DNA of 64,000 bases from Tubiluchus corallicola (GCA_030141605.1 JAQGDQ010000376.1:163231-227230), one strand, 5' to 3'; shown: positions 12,816 through 27,571, numbered from the stretch's first letter. Numbers and translations are program-made. The notes: a model not told the origin generated them from the letters alone.

Positions 12816-15470
12816 TCTCCCCTCTCCAAAAACGTGTTATGGGATAATAGGATTAATGCATATCATCAATATAAACTAGGTAACTAACAAAATCTGTTCA
12901 AAATACTACTATAACAATAATTTCGTTAATCATATTGTAGAACTTAACATTGCTGCATTTGTACTAAATTAATGTTAATTCAGACTGATTGATAACAAAC
13001 ACTTTCAAAAATTTTCAAAGAATATTCACAAGTCCAATTTGAGTGCAAAAAGTTTATAACACATAGTCTTCACTAAAACGCACCTGTTGATTTACTTTCT
13101 GCCGTGGTCTAACAGAGTGACCTTGTGGACCGGCAGAAGGACCTGCCCTACTAGCATCATGGCTAGAAATCTCTTGTTCAGGTGGTGAAACCACGAGATG
13201 CCAACGATTATGACAAATGTCTGAACCTGTAATAGTTTTCTGCCGATCCAATGTGTTGTTCGTCGCTGTTATTCTTCATTTTTGTGTTTGATCAGCACTC
13301 TATTCTCTTCATCAAAAGTCTCTTTTCTGTTTCTAGCTCGCTGCTGTCGATTGTAAGATACTTGCTGTTTCTGTTTATGTCTATACAGCTGCTCACAAGC
13401 CTTCAGTTTTGGCAGATCAGAAAGCTAGGGCTAATTGTAAGGGCACAATTGGCAGGGTTCTACACAACTGACCTCCCATTAATAGCTGAGCAGGAGACTA
13501 ACCATTCTGCATCTCGAGGAGCAAGCAAGTCCAAGTACGGATGAGTGACATTTCTTTTTCAAGATATCTTTGAGTGACTGAACACAGCGCTCAGCTTGGC
13601 CTTTGCTTTATGCATATTCAGTTCTGCCAGTCGCACATGTAAAGCTTCATTCAGTTGCAAACGCGTAGAATTGGTGTGAAACGGTCCATTATCACTTCTA
13701 ACAATTTCAGGAATACCGTGTCTTGCGAATATGGATTTTAGATCATTAATGACAGCAGAGGCACTTATTAATGATAACAATGACATTTCAAAGAATCGAT
13801 TGCAGTAGTCCACATGCACAAGCTGCGATTTTTTCATAAATTTACAAACATCTGTGCCGAGCACTTGCCAAGGTCGTTTAGGAAACTGTGTAGGCATAAG
13901 TAGCTCTGCTTGATCGCCTCGCTGTTTCACATTTCTTTTACACATTGGTTTATATTTCTTTCTATGTCAGATGCCGTATTAGGCCACCATTTAGTGATGC
14001 CTAGGTGACCAAAATGAATTTTTTGCAGCATTTTATATTATTATGAATTTTTTGCAGCATTGCCTCATATTGGCCAGAATGACCACACAGTCACCTTCTG
14101 TAAAAAACCCATCAATTACAGACATCGAAGTTGCTTCTTTATGGAATTTATTAAGATCGGATGGACGTTTTTCTCTAGGCCAAGTGATTTTAACGTACTC
14201 CGTAACTGGGATACTCCATAATATACTCCATAACATAAGACTGGATCATGTTCTTGCTTTGATTTAGTTTCCTGTAATAAACTTTACGAAGATATTCGTG
14301 TTTTTTCCAAGTTTATCCTGCAGATCCACGTCGAGTGCTTTAACTGATGATGTTTTAGACAAAGCATCAGGTGCAATTAGTTGTATGCCTGGCACATGTG
14401 AGTTTGTTTAACTGTTGCTGAAACAAGTGCCGTTACGAGTTATCATTAAGAATGCCTGGGCTAACAGTATACTGTCTGATATACCGCACATCTGGTGTGC
14501 TCCAACAGAGCGGCAGATGCTTGAAGAATTGCCTCCATTGACCTTAGGTTCTTGTGAACAAGCCTTTACGTGCTTAGTCAGACCTGCTCAGCTCTAATAG
14601 TGCTTCTTAGAGATTCAAATGCTTCTGTTAATCTTGCCACATGGTCCAACCTGGCTATATTTTTTCCTGTCTCTGTGGATGGTGAGATCTGGTTGCAACT
14701 AGTATTGGTATAGATTTGTGACAACCATGACATTCACATTTTCGTATGGCTTTCAAGTTTTTGTCAAACTCGAAAATTGCGACCATAGTAGACGCTGCCC
14801 TAAATCCTTGACTTTCGAGGCCTATAATTATATTATAGATACTGCGATATCTGCGTTTCAAAATGCAGTATAGCTTCGGCCATCTTGGAAGCCATCGTGA
14901 AATTCTGCATAAGGTGATGTTCATAAGTGTTTTGCGATTTCAGATATGGATTACTTGACCTTGAAAACCTATAAATTATTCAGACACCAAAGCCATCCAC
15001 AGTAACCATATGGCCTTTAATTAGGCCAATATCACTTCAATATGTAGTCATCTAGCCTATCATCTTGAAAATAGCGGCCATGTTATACAATTTTTGATTT
15101 CCTCATATTCAAAATTAATCACTTTGATGGGTTTTAGCACTGTGCAAAGTTTTATAACTTTTAGACGAAATGAGTCAGTTTTTCGCTATTCTGCCAATTA
15201 GACTATAGATTAATTCTGGGAATCCAGTGACCAATAATTTTTGTTGTTGCTTATTAATTGAACTGCTTGAGTCGCTTTGCATCCTTTTTGGAGTCTGTAT
15301 TAGCAGCCTTTTAGAGTCACCAATGGGCAAAGGTCGAATAGAAATAAAAATAATTTGCTTTTTGCTTTTACAATGAATTTTACAAGTGAAACATTTTATT
15401 GCATGATTGGCATAATTGCATTTTGCGTGGCAACAATTCTGAAGACAGTGGCCACAAAGTAAAGGAAATA
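12816..15470 (-). mobile_element. Decayed Ty3/Gypsy LTR retrotransposon (gag knuckle, RNase H end, integrase)
   Basis: ORF 13559-13945 is an rve integrase (PKRPWQVLGTD..VDY..RFFE..FARHGIPEIVRSDNGP). Around 13950-14030 is an HHCC region (IHFGHLGITK..WWP), around 14355-14395 PGIQLIAPDALS, and around 15360-15460 a Cys/His gag-knuckle-like stretch. A candidate PPT GGAGAGGGGAGA (12827-12816) is followed by TG. The element has many frameshifts and is interrupted by an apparently unrelated segment at ~14650-15205. Confidence 0.85.
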
Positions 15471-18400
15471 TTTTTTTATGGATTCCTTACGTCCAATTAC
15501 TCAGGGATAAATGTCATAATTACTTCTTGATATTAATTTTCTCTGAATTTGTTTTGATTTAGAAAGTTTTAGAAAAAACCGCCTCCAGGGTTCCATTTAT
15601 GAAGATAAGACTAGTCTGCCACTTAGTCCTACATAGATTTTAATAATTATGTTTCCGAGCTAATGACTGTATGACTGAACTAAGTAACTTGGTATTTTAA
15701 TGTTAAAAGAGCACTAGTTTCGTCTATTTGGAAATAGATGTCATCACGTCACAATAAACAATTATTGGAACACAGATTGCCAGTACACTCTTTACTCCCT
15801 GATCATTATTGAACTACATTTTTAACTGTGTCATTTATGTATCTATATTAATATACGTATATATACACACACACACACCAATATGATTCACCTTCTGACC
15901 TCATAGTCAGAAAACTGTAGTGTAGGAAAGTGCCTTTGAATCTCATATTATACCACACTTCATAAACAACAGCGCAGGATACAAAAAATGTTAATGAGAT
16001 TTTGTTTGCATGAGCGCGCCCGCGTGTGTGTGCGGTTGTGCGTGTGAGCCAATTTTATGTGTAAGATGATTTATTTACATTTTATTTTTAAACCTACCAC
16101 ATGCTCTTAGTATTCTTGCGCTGCAAGTTACAATACGTCTATAATTACCACAAAATACATAATTATTTGCTCATAAAATGAATAATACAATTTATATTAT
16201 TATTCTTTTCTTAATTTAATCGAATTTTGAAAAAAAATTGTGTAACTGAGCAATCTTTTTCTTGTGTATAATGAAAGAAGCTAGTCCGATATTAATTTTA
16301 TCTTGTTCTTTTTGCACTATACTATAATTATATGTCCTTGTATAATTACAATGGCATAGCAATTTCATTATGGCATGTAACAAAGCTGTCCAGAAAAGTA
16401 CACCAGAAACAATTATGCCCGCAGAATAATAACACGTACATTAGAAACTATAATAATTTATATATCCACAATATAATATTACAAGGTGGTGCTACTGTGA
16501 CTTGCGGATGCGTTTTGGGGATGGTTATACAAAAAACGGCTTATAGTGCTTTCAATGCATCAGTTTATGCTTCTGCGGATGTAGTTTTTTTCAGTAGATT
16601 TCCTATGGATTTTTTCGCAGTGTGTCCCTCAGGTGGAAAACGCATTCGGAAATTACATAAACGCCACTTAACACTAAATCATGTGCAACAAATTATTTAC
16701 GTTATTAACTGATCACAGTCTGTAAAAGTAAAAGAAATATCCAATAATAATACTTCATATTATTCCCACTGCAGGTAAATCATAATTATTATTCATTAAA
16801 TTCCCACGAATTTATGAAATTAAGCAATAGAGGTAAAGATAGTCTCGCAAAAATACAATGCAAAACCATTGCGTACAGCTCAGTTATACCTAAACAATTT
16901 AATTAAATTCATGTTAAAATGCAGCAGGAGCAGCAGTAATTATTAGCACTAATAGCAGCAAGAACAACAGCGCTGATATTATATTAATGTTGTAAATCTT
17001 TCAATAATCTTACTCCTACTCTTTCACTCCATTTGTCCCACTGTCCTTTCTTTTCTTTTTCACTCCCCATGGTAATTTTTAATTTTCTTTTCAAGCAACC
17101 TTATTATCTAGATGCCAGACAAGAAATCACTGCCAAGGCACAACAATGTGCATTGTACATATACTAACTTATCAATAAAAGATGGAAATGGAATGTAGAT
17201 CTTATTTCTGTCCGACAGATGAATCAGTCTAAAGATTTTAAAAAGAAATCTTCAGAATGACTGAATAGAGTGAATTAGAATAAAGACCAATAAAAATGTC
17301 AAAAAATGAGGTATTTAAAACTTATAGGCCTACATGTTTATACTTATTTATATTCGTATGTATTTGTGCTCAGTAAAACAAAATACTTATAGGCCTATAC
17401 ATTTATGCTTATTAATAAATTTGTAAACGGATCTGCAACAATAGTTAACAAACATGCTGGATCCACAGCACCACAAGCATTTTTGGTCCGCGAATTACCA
17501 TATCAGCAACCACGTATCTCTGCTAGATAAAGTAATCACAAGTAGATGTAAACATATTTTTTAATATTTTAATCATTATGATATTTCTTTTTAATATTTT
17601 TAAAGCTCTTTTTACTCATTGAGGAGAAATCAAAAGTTAACAAGGTAAGAAAAAGAAGCGAGTAAAGACCCATTCCCATCAAGAAACCAATGTGAACCAT
17701 AACCCTGTTCAATATGTTTATTTGTGGACATCAGTGCTGCGAATAACAGCAGTAGATTTTTAAGATATGTTCTTTCTTATCTCAAAATTAAATGCATTTT
17801 ATAATGGTTTCATCAGTTTTTATCTATGCTTTTTGGTTTCTTCTACACAGTGAGGCGTAAATACCCTGACAGTCCATAGCAACAGTGTGTAAATTCCAGA
17901 AGTCCAAATTATAACATCCTTTACTAAAAAATTGTGAGTCTAACAAGGCTCAAGCCAAAGACCCAGGCAAACATATAAATACTTTTAGATATACTTTTTC
18001 TAATTTCAGAAATTCAGAAGAAATAATGACGATGGCCTATGTTTACTGTTTGCAAACATGTCTATAACTTTGCCAATAATTTGATGAGCATGAACTTGAA
18101 AAGTAAAGTATATAAAGAACATATGGTTTAGTGAACTATGTTTTATAGCAGGCATAATGAGTGACTTTAAATTATTAAAAGTTAAAAACGTTTCACCGTG
18201 CAGGAAACACTTTAATTTTAGCCAGTAAAAAGAGGGGTGCAGTATTTAAGAAATTCTTGAATATTGAAATCTTAAATTTTTAAATTTTAAAATTGATTTG
18301 CCGCCAAAATAACCAGATTTTGCCCTGAAAATGTACCTAGAGATACAAAGGTATACCAGAGGCAGCATTCCCTCCTCTCCATTTGCTTTTTATCATGCAG

Positions 18401-18835
18401 TTTCCCCTATTTAGCTTCATGTTTTAACTTTTGACTATTCTTTTTTGCTATTTGTTTTTTTATGTTTTTGCTATTACTACAGCTATCACTGATTCTTTGC
18501 CTATTGCTATTTAACTTGACTTTTTTTGACTTATTAACCTTATTTTTAATTTGTTACTATTGCTTTATTTGACTACCTTTTATTTTTGCTTCGTGCATAC
18601 ACCTGAATTCCCAAAAATATTCAGATTAAAATCGTGCATAAAAAGAATAAGAAAAATGCTATAATTTTTCATAACAACTTTACAAGTGCCATACTATATC
18701 AAAGTAATATTTCTGCATATGTTTAGACTTAAATACTGCTAATAACAATAACAATAATTATAGTAAGCATAATAGAAATTTATGAATATATCACAGTATA
18801 TTTAAGTGAAAAAACTGGAATGGAATGCAACGTTA

Positions 18836-21800
18836 TCAACAATAACCTCCTCTAGCCAATCCATGCCAGTGATCTGGGACACACTGGAAGTACCTATCCA
18901 TAGCCTCTAAGAATCTACTCCGATATAATTCAGGTGAGACTACTGTTGGCATCTTGCCTTGACCACCGAGAATTCCTGAAGATTTCACATACATCTCCAT
19001 TTTTTTGTCCCACGTGAATGTTCTCATGTAGTCAATAATTCCAACCACAAGTTCGGTTTCGTCCATTCCAACAAGTAAGGAATAGTCCATAATTCGGTGT
19101 TGGGACAACAACTGAGTGTCACTGTATATGGCCCATCCAAGGACTGTCTTTGAATATTGGCGTATGTACATAGGGGTGTCACATGATATCTTCAACAGGT
19201 TCTCATCAAGCAACACAAGATCGCCTTCAATTTTGCCCGTAGTTGCTGCCAGCCTGTTGCGAATTGATCCTTTAAGATCAAAAATCTGAGTTATCTTTCT
19301 ATTGTAAAACAAGTTTTCCATGACTAGTAAGTCTTGTTTTGATTCAGTGCTGTTCTGAATGTTTCTGTAGCCAATCCTGTAGACACCAAATATTTTAGTG
19401 AGTACAGTTGGCTTTCTCTCAGCTAGGGCTTTCTGCATGTAAGCAAAATAAGCAGGAGCAAAGTCCAAAAATGACAAAATTTCAAATCTGTTTAGCTGCT
19501 TTAGGATAAATCTATCATCATGCGTTTTGCAGAATGTAGACCCAGATCGACCACCTTTAGCCTTCCATTGTAAACATCTGCATATAAAAAGTTACAGCAA
19601 TTAGGAAAAATTATAACTCCTGTATACACTCATTATTCATGCTGACCTCTAGCTAAGCCCACAGAAAGCCGAAATATGCATTTGTTAACTACAAGTCGTG
19701 TATTCTGACTGTTCTCATCCCTGAGTAACTTACTCTTTAAACTGTTCTACGAATGTCATATTGACTTACACCTTAGAAAGAGAATAAAGATCCTCACAAA
19801 AAATAAACTGTCACTGTTGTTTTTCATACACTAAATCAATGTAGACAAGTAAAACTAATTTGTATGATACAAACTATTTTTAGTAAGTATTTTTACTTCC
19901 TCTACAGACTCACTTATGTGCTCCAGATGCCAAAAACATTTCTTAAAGAAAAAAACTGAGCTTTAGTGAGGTCTAAATAAATAGACCTCAAATACACACT
20001 TTTGAGGACCCAAAAGCAATTTTGTTTCAGTTTGTAAAGTTTCTTCTGACACCCTGAACACAGATCTTCAAAATGTAGATACAGGACCACATGACATGGT
20101 GAATGCATAATTGCAGCTACCAATTAGTAACTGTCGCAATTAAATGGTTTTACCTGTACAAAGATCTCAAAAACATTCTTGTTCTTGCATCACTTAAATA
20201 TTCTTACCTGCACAAAGATCTCAAAAAACGTTCTTCTCCCTGAGGAAATGTGAGTTTTCTTATCTTCCTGAACTGTTCCGCAAAGTAGACACGACAAAAG
20301 AAACGTGCAGTGTTGTCCGAAAACTGCAATTCAATATGAAGGTTTATGCCTTGTGATTTGGCATTGTCCGTAGCTTTGGTGTTGGCAAACTGAAAACCAT
20401 CAGCTTGATCTTGATCAATAAAACTGTCAGCAGCACCTAAGCATTGCATAAATGTGATTTACAATTTTACAGTGAAGTACGTATTAAAACTACTGCAGCT
20501 TTGACATAAGTAAACAGATCAGACTGATCACTGATACATACGTCCAATGCCTGTTAAAATCACTTAAAAGACTTATTTAGATATCACTGAGGTTTACACT
20601 TCTTTTACACAAATTGTTTTCACTAAGGTGTTCGGGATTGGGGTCGCTATGATACAATTACTGAATTTACGAAATTTATGAGTTATACTATCTGAAAGGA
20701 AATGTGAAGTGGTCAGAACTGAACATGGTTTAAACATACAGATGGGATGAATCATGTCGCCATTATCAATATTAACTGGGTTTGGCTAAAAGTGTGGAAT
20801 TTCGTTGTTTTTTTATACTGTTTACCGATAATTATATTTATCGTTTGAAGTCGGCAACCCCAGCCTGAACTTCGATCCTGATCACTTGATCATGAACCCT
20901 GAAAAATTGTCTCCCCAATCTTAATTAATGTCCCGAATCTCGATCATCCTGACCGGAACTATGATCTCATCCCGAACCTTGAACATAGCTATGTTTCACA
21001 ACATAACATTCTCTCAACTTCCATGACCTGAATATAAACGACCAGATTAAATTGAATTGCACCAGTTAAATGATAGCAAGGATAAGTTCTTTGTAATGTC
21101 TGGCAGCAGTTAGCACTTATTGCTACATACAGGCCACCTACCCAGATTGAACAAACTGGAGTGGGTACTTCATACTATTATTTCTTGCTGACAAAAGACT
21201 GACAGTAAAAATCCTTGCAATTGATTAGATACAGACATATGTGATAGAAAAGGGATAGGCCTTCGTGCCTTGAGTTTGTTACAACATTACCATAACTTAT
21301 AATAACTATAATTTTTGATTTTGTAAATATAAGTCCATTAATGCTTGGCCATCATTTACTAAATGTTAGCAAATATTAACGAAAATTATGTCTTATTTAA
21401 CTAATGAAAAATCTGTTGTAGTGCAAATGAAAGTGATAGAAAAGAATTTTTGAATGAATTACTACTAACCAGGAATGTATTGCACAGAGTCTAAATCCAG
21501 ATGTGAATCGGATCTGTTCTTCTTAGGTCCAGATTTTGGTGACTTTTCCACATCTCTGTTTACAGAACCTCGGAAAAATGACAACATTGGCGATTTGTTA
21601 ACAGAGTCGGTATTATCATTTTCGTCTTTGTTTTTCCGCTGTGCCTTTCCACTTGCAGCCTGAGCGAGGCATGTTTGCAGCTGCATTAATTGTTTGTTAT
21701 ACTCAGAAGAGGAAAGTGCAAAAGCTATGATAGAACTTGGCTCACTGTCGTATATCACCACAGGGAAAAGACACTGTTCAGATACCAAGTAATGCTCGTC

Positions 21801-24800
21801 TAAGGGGAATGCAAGAGGAAGAGGACAGTATTCAGGCCCTGTAAGAAGTTGAGCAAAAATTGTCTTGACAGACACTTTTTGATCAATCTGATCTTTCTCA
21901 CTGGTTGACATTGTAAACTGTGGTCTTGCATCTAATGCAGATGTGCTGTTATCATCTATGTTTTTACTGTCATCATCATCTGCCATACTCTGCACCTGTA
22001 CAACAGAATACATTTGAAGGCTTATAATGAATTCTAATAATATGTATTAGGGTATATAAGGTTGATATATCCTGCAGGAATAGTGCAAGTGCATCCTCTA
22101 GTTATGAAAAACATTACAAAATGTTCCTTACCTCTTTAGGTGCTCGTTTACATACAGCAAATTCCGAATCTGGACTAATTTGTTGCCGAAAAATTGCTGA
22201 CATACCAGCTTCAACACAAACGACTAGATTATCATCACTTGAGGTACCAGTACCTAAAAGACTTATTTTCTTAGCTACAAGCTTTAGTTCAATTAATTAT
22301 TATAACCTTAATATCAGGATTATTCTTAATGTTGATACAAACCTACAATTAATTCAATTCTGATACCAAACTTTAAAGACAGAAAATATGAAAAAGTTGG
22401 AATAAAACCTAGATTTGAAGCAGGGAATTTTGCCCTTAAGGCAGATACGTTAGCCCATTAGGCCACCATACTCTCCTGTGATCAAGACAATTCAAAGGTC
22501 ATCCCTTAAAAAGGGATGGTAAAAGCTGGCAAAAAGAATAGGTTAGATTTTTCACACTAGAGTGATTCTAACTAATTAGATTAATTTCTTTATTTTGATT
22601 AATTTTGAGTCTCAAAGTTCTGTGGGTAGTTAACTGTTATTATAATGATTATATCAAGATTGTTATTTATGATGGTCAATTGTTATATATGACGACCAAA
22701 CTTAATTTTAAATTATAGGCTTGCACCATCACGTAGTATAATTTTAGACGAATATTTTTGACATTAATTAAGGTGCTCGTTACCAAAAAAATTATGCAAC
22801 AGTTACTACAAAAAACCACAAGACAATGACTCACCAGCAGATAATGTAGAACCAGGATCACAACTTGGTGTAGGGGAACACCTAGAATCTCCAGCAGTAG
22901 TATCCATAGTAGCACTAAGCACTTCTAGTTGGTTCAGTGTTGCTTGACAGTCTTCAGACATACAGGGATGTGATGGAGGTTCTTGAAAGGCACCAGAAGG
23001 GTCTTCAGTAGCATCACCATCATGCACAAATGCCGGAGAATCGTCACCACGAACAGTAGCCTGTGACTTTGTGTTTTTTGACTTTGCCTTCTCTTCCAAC
23101 CTTTTTGATGTGAGAAAATCTTGAATTCTCTGATTCCAAGAATTCACGGCATTTGCAATATTTATCTTTAATAGAGTGATAGTGTCTAACACTTGCCATA
23201 ACAAAAGTTCAGCTTCTAAAGTTTTACTTTTAACTCCTCCCAGCTGCGGAGCAACTAACTTGACTTGTATCATGCCCAACATCTGTTGAAATAATCCTTT
23301 CTCTAACTCATGGAGAGATATATACTCCTGCATAGCATCGACATATTTTGTACTATGAACAGCATCTTTTAATGTGCAAAGTCTATCATAAATTGAACCA
23401 TAAACTCCATATCCTTTTACTGTCAAATATTTAACATTTTCGATCACATTTGTAAGTTCAACACTCAGTGAACTGATGTTAATAACCAATGGAGGCAATG
23501 ACACTTCTCTTAATACAACTGGGGAATACTTAAATGAAGCAACAATGTCACCTTTACCAAAATATTGGTAAAAATCATGATGTAAAGAATGTGCACAACT
23601 GGCTTCTTGTAATGCACGACACAGGTACTGTCCTCCATGAAAGCGCAGTTCCAAATATTTAGCAAATGACATTGCCCATGCTGATGACGATAATGACACA
23701 ACAGGCGTTACAAGTTTGCACTTTCTGCACCAACTCCAAACTAGTACAGAATCTCCGTGTGCAGCAGGAATAGCTTGATCTAATTTTCTCAAGACAATCT
23801 GTATACAGCCATTATCATGAACAAATTTACGAATGTGATCTAGCATGGGAGTGTCACACGATTCATTTGGGCATTGATACGAAGAACGAAAACAGTACCG
23901 TTCTAGAAATGATCCAAGAGTTATATCATTTTTACCATAAAAGTCCATGGAAACTAGCCAAGGATTGACACAGTAATTTGGAGCAGTGCAGGATACGTAT
24001 GAAAAGCTACCAAAAAGTACTGTTATACGTTGGAGATTTTGAGGATCAAGACAGTCGTGCTCACCAGATAAAGTTGTTTCAGTTTGCAGGTTTTCAGAGT
24101 TTGATCCAGTCAGAACCTGGCACTTGCAAGGCACCTGATTTTGAATATAACATGCTCTAAAAATTGCAAGAAGATTTTGCATGTCGTCGTCATTAATGTG
24201 GCCTGTAATCTTGTGGTTACCAAACTCGCAGTTTGACTGGTAGGCTTTCAGAGATGTCACTTGCTTTTCACAAAAGTCACTGCCAAACTTCTGTTTAGTT
24301 GTTGCCTTCGTTTTTTCAAAATGGACAGACATATACAATTTTGGTGGAAAAAACCTTCTTAGCTTACAATTCTTGCCCATTTCCGTTTCTAAGTATGGTA
24401 AGGAGTATTTTATAACTGGTGAAATTGATAAGACAACATCTTCTAGAGCTTTGCGAAATTGATTCATCTCATGTCTAACGGCCTTCATTACTAGAGATTC
24501 ATCAGAAGACTTAAAAATTGATTCGTCTCGCGACTGTAAGTACTTTCTTAAAGGATCTTCATATTGTTCGAAACTTTCACCTTCCTCAGTAAAAGTAGGT
24601 AATTCCGTCACTAATTCTCCATTAGGTAGAGTGCTAGTTCTTGTACGACAAGACTCACTGCTTCCTGGTTTATTCAAGAGGCTAAAGTCTAAATGATCGA
24701 AAACAGAACCATCTGCCTCAGGATAATGATTGCTTTCACCTGGCTCACTTTCTTCATCACTTGACATGTAAACAGCAACTTTTGCTTTATGTGCAACATT

Positions 24801-27479
24801 AACTGCATGAGAAGACTGACTGTTGTTACAAAGACTAACAGTAGCAGCACTCTGTTTTGGTGATGACAGTGTGACTTCTGGCAAGAGCTCTATCTGGTAT
24901 GAAAGTGATTTGAATAGAGATTCATCATTCTCTATTTCAGTGTGTTTCATGCCGAGCTTCTCTTCTTGTAACATTTTTTCACATTCTTGATTACATATGA
25001 AAGAGCTATTTCTGGGTTCATCCAATTTAATATCACATATTTCTGGGCTGTGAAAGGGAGAGTCACGGGTTAATGTTGCAAGAGGCAAAGAAAACTGATC
25101 CATAAGAAAGCACACTTCTAATCTATTATGATATTCAACATATATCATAAAATATAATACACGTTTCACTCTGCGTAGTTCATCGCAACTGCCACCACGT
25201 AATATCACAGTACATGCTAAGTGTGATGCACATCCATCAAAGTACATCAAGTTCTTTACTCCTGTTGTCGTATTGAATGGATAAACACCAAATTGATGAC
25301 AGAAACCGAGTTTGGGTTTTGTAACTTGCCCTTCGAGAGATTGCACAATGTCAGCTTGAGTGCAACGAGCTACGCGGGACATAACTGATGGTTTAACATT
25401 CATGACTAGTGTAATACCAGCATCTAAGATATTCTGTTGAGCAAGCCGAGAAACAGACTTTTCAACAACTATTATATCAGGTCCCTGAGCAGCCAGTTTA
25501 GATACACAGTTACGCATGAATTCCTTTTCCTGCATAACTACTGGATCAATGGATGAAAATTTGTTTTCTACGCGCTGATAATCTATTGACATTTTCATAA
25601 GGAAGATTTTTGGATTCATTAATTTGTTTTGCATTTTCTTGTGTGCAGTGTTTTTACTACAAACAACACCATGAACAATGCAACTGTCATTGCAAGAGCC
25701 ACCACTTACCTTTTTGATATGAACGTATTTACGTATATCCATGTCATCAAAATCATGTTTGATATCAGGCCGAACTATCTCAGCAATCCGGGTAGCAAGT
25801 GATAATATAATATCACACCACGTGAGTGATAGCCCATTAGCTATTAGTAACTGCCTTAGCAAAAGCATCGCATGCTTGTTTGACATTTGACTAAAAGACT
25901 TGAAGACACATCTATCCTGCGGGCTGCTTACCATCGTACCTGTTTGCCAGTAATCTGCACCTGTAGATGTAACCGTTACAGGCTGTCTGTCACTAACAGA
26001 CAAAGCACCTTTCAAGAAGTCATCATGTGTAACAGATCGATGTATTTTCTTTTTTTCTGTAACATTTGGCTCAACACTTGGCATGAAGCTTTCCTTTTTC
26101 TTAACACTAGCACTGCAATCGTTCACATCAGTTTTCAAGTTCAGAAATAACAGAGATCCCGTACTATCTGCTGAGCTTACTGACAAGTGCATAGCATTTA
26201 ATGGACTTGCCGTTTCAAATTTCAGTTTATCTAGTATATGCTCATCGGAATCGGTAAGCTCTTCATAACGCTTTATGTCCTTGAACCATGTTGGTTCTTC
26301 ATCATCTTTAGAGACATCATTATAGTCAGATAGTAAACCAACACTACTTGGACTTTCTACCTTAGTTGCTTCGCCGGCTCTATATAGCTGATATTCATCA
26401 CAAAACTCTTGCTGCTGACTGGAAATGCATTCCAGATATTTGGCATCTACCAAAGCCTGTCCTATAGCTATGGCTTGTTGTCGCGATGCTGCTCTATCGT
26501 GTCTGAGAAGCCAATCAACAATTTCGCTGCCAATGATGCAACTGTTATAATTTCTCAGACGATGTCGATGACTTTGTAGTTCAATACCATGAACTGGATT
26601 AACAATATGACACCACAAATCCTTCAGTTGCACAGAGTCTTTTATTAGAGCTTTTCGTTCTTGTGCAAATTGATCTAAACAGGGAAAATCGGAAACTGGA
26701 GTGATTTCAAATGGATGGCCACTATGAGATGGCGATGGCTGCTTCAATGTTTCTGCTTTATTCTCCTCATCTAAATAATATCCTTTCAGAGACGGTGTCT
26801 TGTGAAAATCACAATAACTATCAGAATCACTTTCAACTTTGAAATCAGGGTCATCTTGCATTGCTATCAGGTCCGTAGTGGAATCAGAGTTTTGAGCATA
26901 ACTAAGCACAACTTTACAACAGTATGTGCAGACCCGCAAATCCCCTGTACAACCCATCAGCTTTCCAGGAACTTCCTGGTTACAGCACCGGCTACAGAAT
27001 ATTTGTCCACAGACACGGCAATGATGACGTCGACGAAATGTTGTGAATTTATCACCACACTCATAGCATTCTTTACAGCTACTATCAGGCATCCAGTACT
27101 GCTTCAGATCACTCTCATTATATTCTTTTAATGTGTGCTCAGTGTGATCGAGGATAGTTCCTAATCTTCGCAACACTGTTGCCATGCTTCGCTTTTGTCC
27201 AACATTTATAGCCAGTCCTGAAGTTCTGTGTTCTGTTACCGTGTCATGCTGCGAGCTTTGTTTAGAAATCGGAGACGGACTTTCGTGAGATTCAGTAACT
27301 TTTGGATCTTTGCTTTCAGCTGCAGATCTAGTACTCACAATTTGGATTTCTTGTCGTCTATCTAGGGAGTCATCACGAGATCTTTTGAACAATTTACTCA
27401 GTGAAAATCCAGATTGAGTTTTCTTTACATCAGAGCTTAAAGGCTCAAAATGAGTCAGTGTGTGAGGTGCTTTATTCAT
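18836..27479 (-). CDS. PIKFYVE: 1-phosphatidylinositol 3-phosphate 5-kinase (PIKfyve/Fab1), ~2087 aa, 5 coding exons
   Basis: Coding exons: 27479-22835, 22253-22132, 21995-21470, 20436-20208 and 19577-18836. All are GT-AG with consistent phases, 6264 nt in total. Domains: FYVE (WMPDSSCKECYECGDKFTTFRRRHHCRVCG), DEP, CCT/Cpn60-like, Cys-rich CCR and PIPK (DDRFILKQ, MENLF, FDLKGS, MDYSLLVG, GIIDYMRTFTWDKK). Confidence 0.97.
22410..22470 (-). mobile_element. tRNA-like SINE head fragment in a PIKFYVE intron
   Basis: Minus strand TGGTGGCCTAATGG (A-box) ... GCTTCAAATC (degenerate B-box). It does not form a complete cloverleaf. Confidence 0.4.
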
Positions 27480-27571
27480 AATAAGATTTCTAATACTGCT
27501 TTCACAATGTGATAGATATGAAGTACGATCATGCCGGAATACAGTTTATTACACTTATTGAACATCAGCAT
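27476..27571 (-). other. 31-aa upstream ORF whose stop overlaps the PIKFYVE start (AUGA)
   Basis: MLMFNKCNKLYSGMIVLHIYHIVKAVLEILL* lies inside the exon that begins at acceptor ttttccag|27614. Its TGA (27478-27476) overlaps the PIKFYVE ATG (27479-27477). Confidence 0.55.

Noticed and set aside
16332-16712. 126-aa plus-strand ORF
   Set aside because: No homology or domain recognised. It is probably a chance ORF in repeat-derived intergenic DNA.
20625-20980. Possible MITE with TTCGGGAT/ATCCCGAA ends
   Set aside because: The inverted match is too short and no TSD was found.
21475-27131. Plus-strand ORFs antisense to PIKFYVE (and similarly to PRPF6 at 56818-58728)
   Set aside because: These are shadow ORFs of long coding exons.
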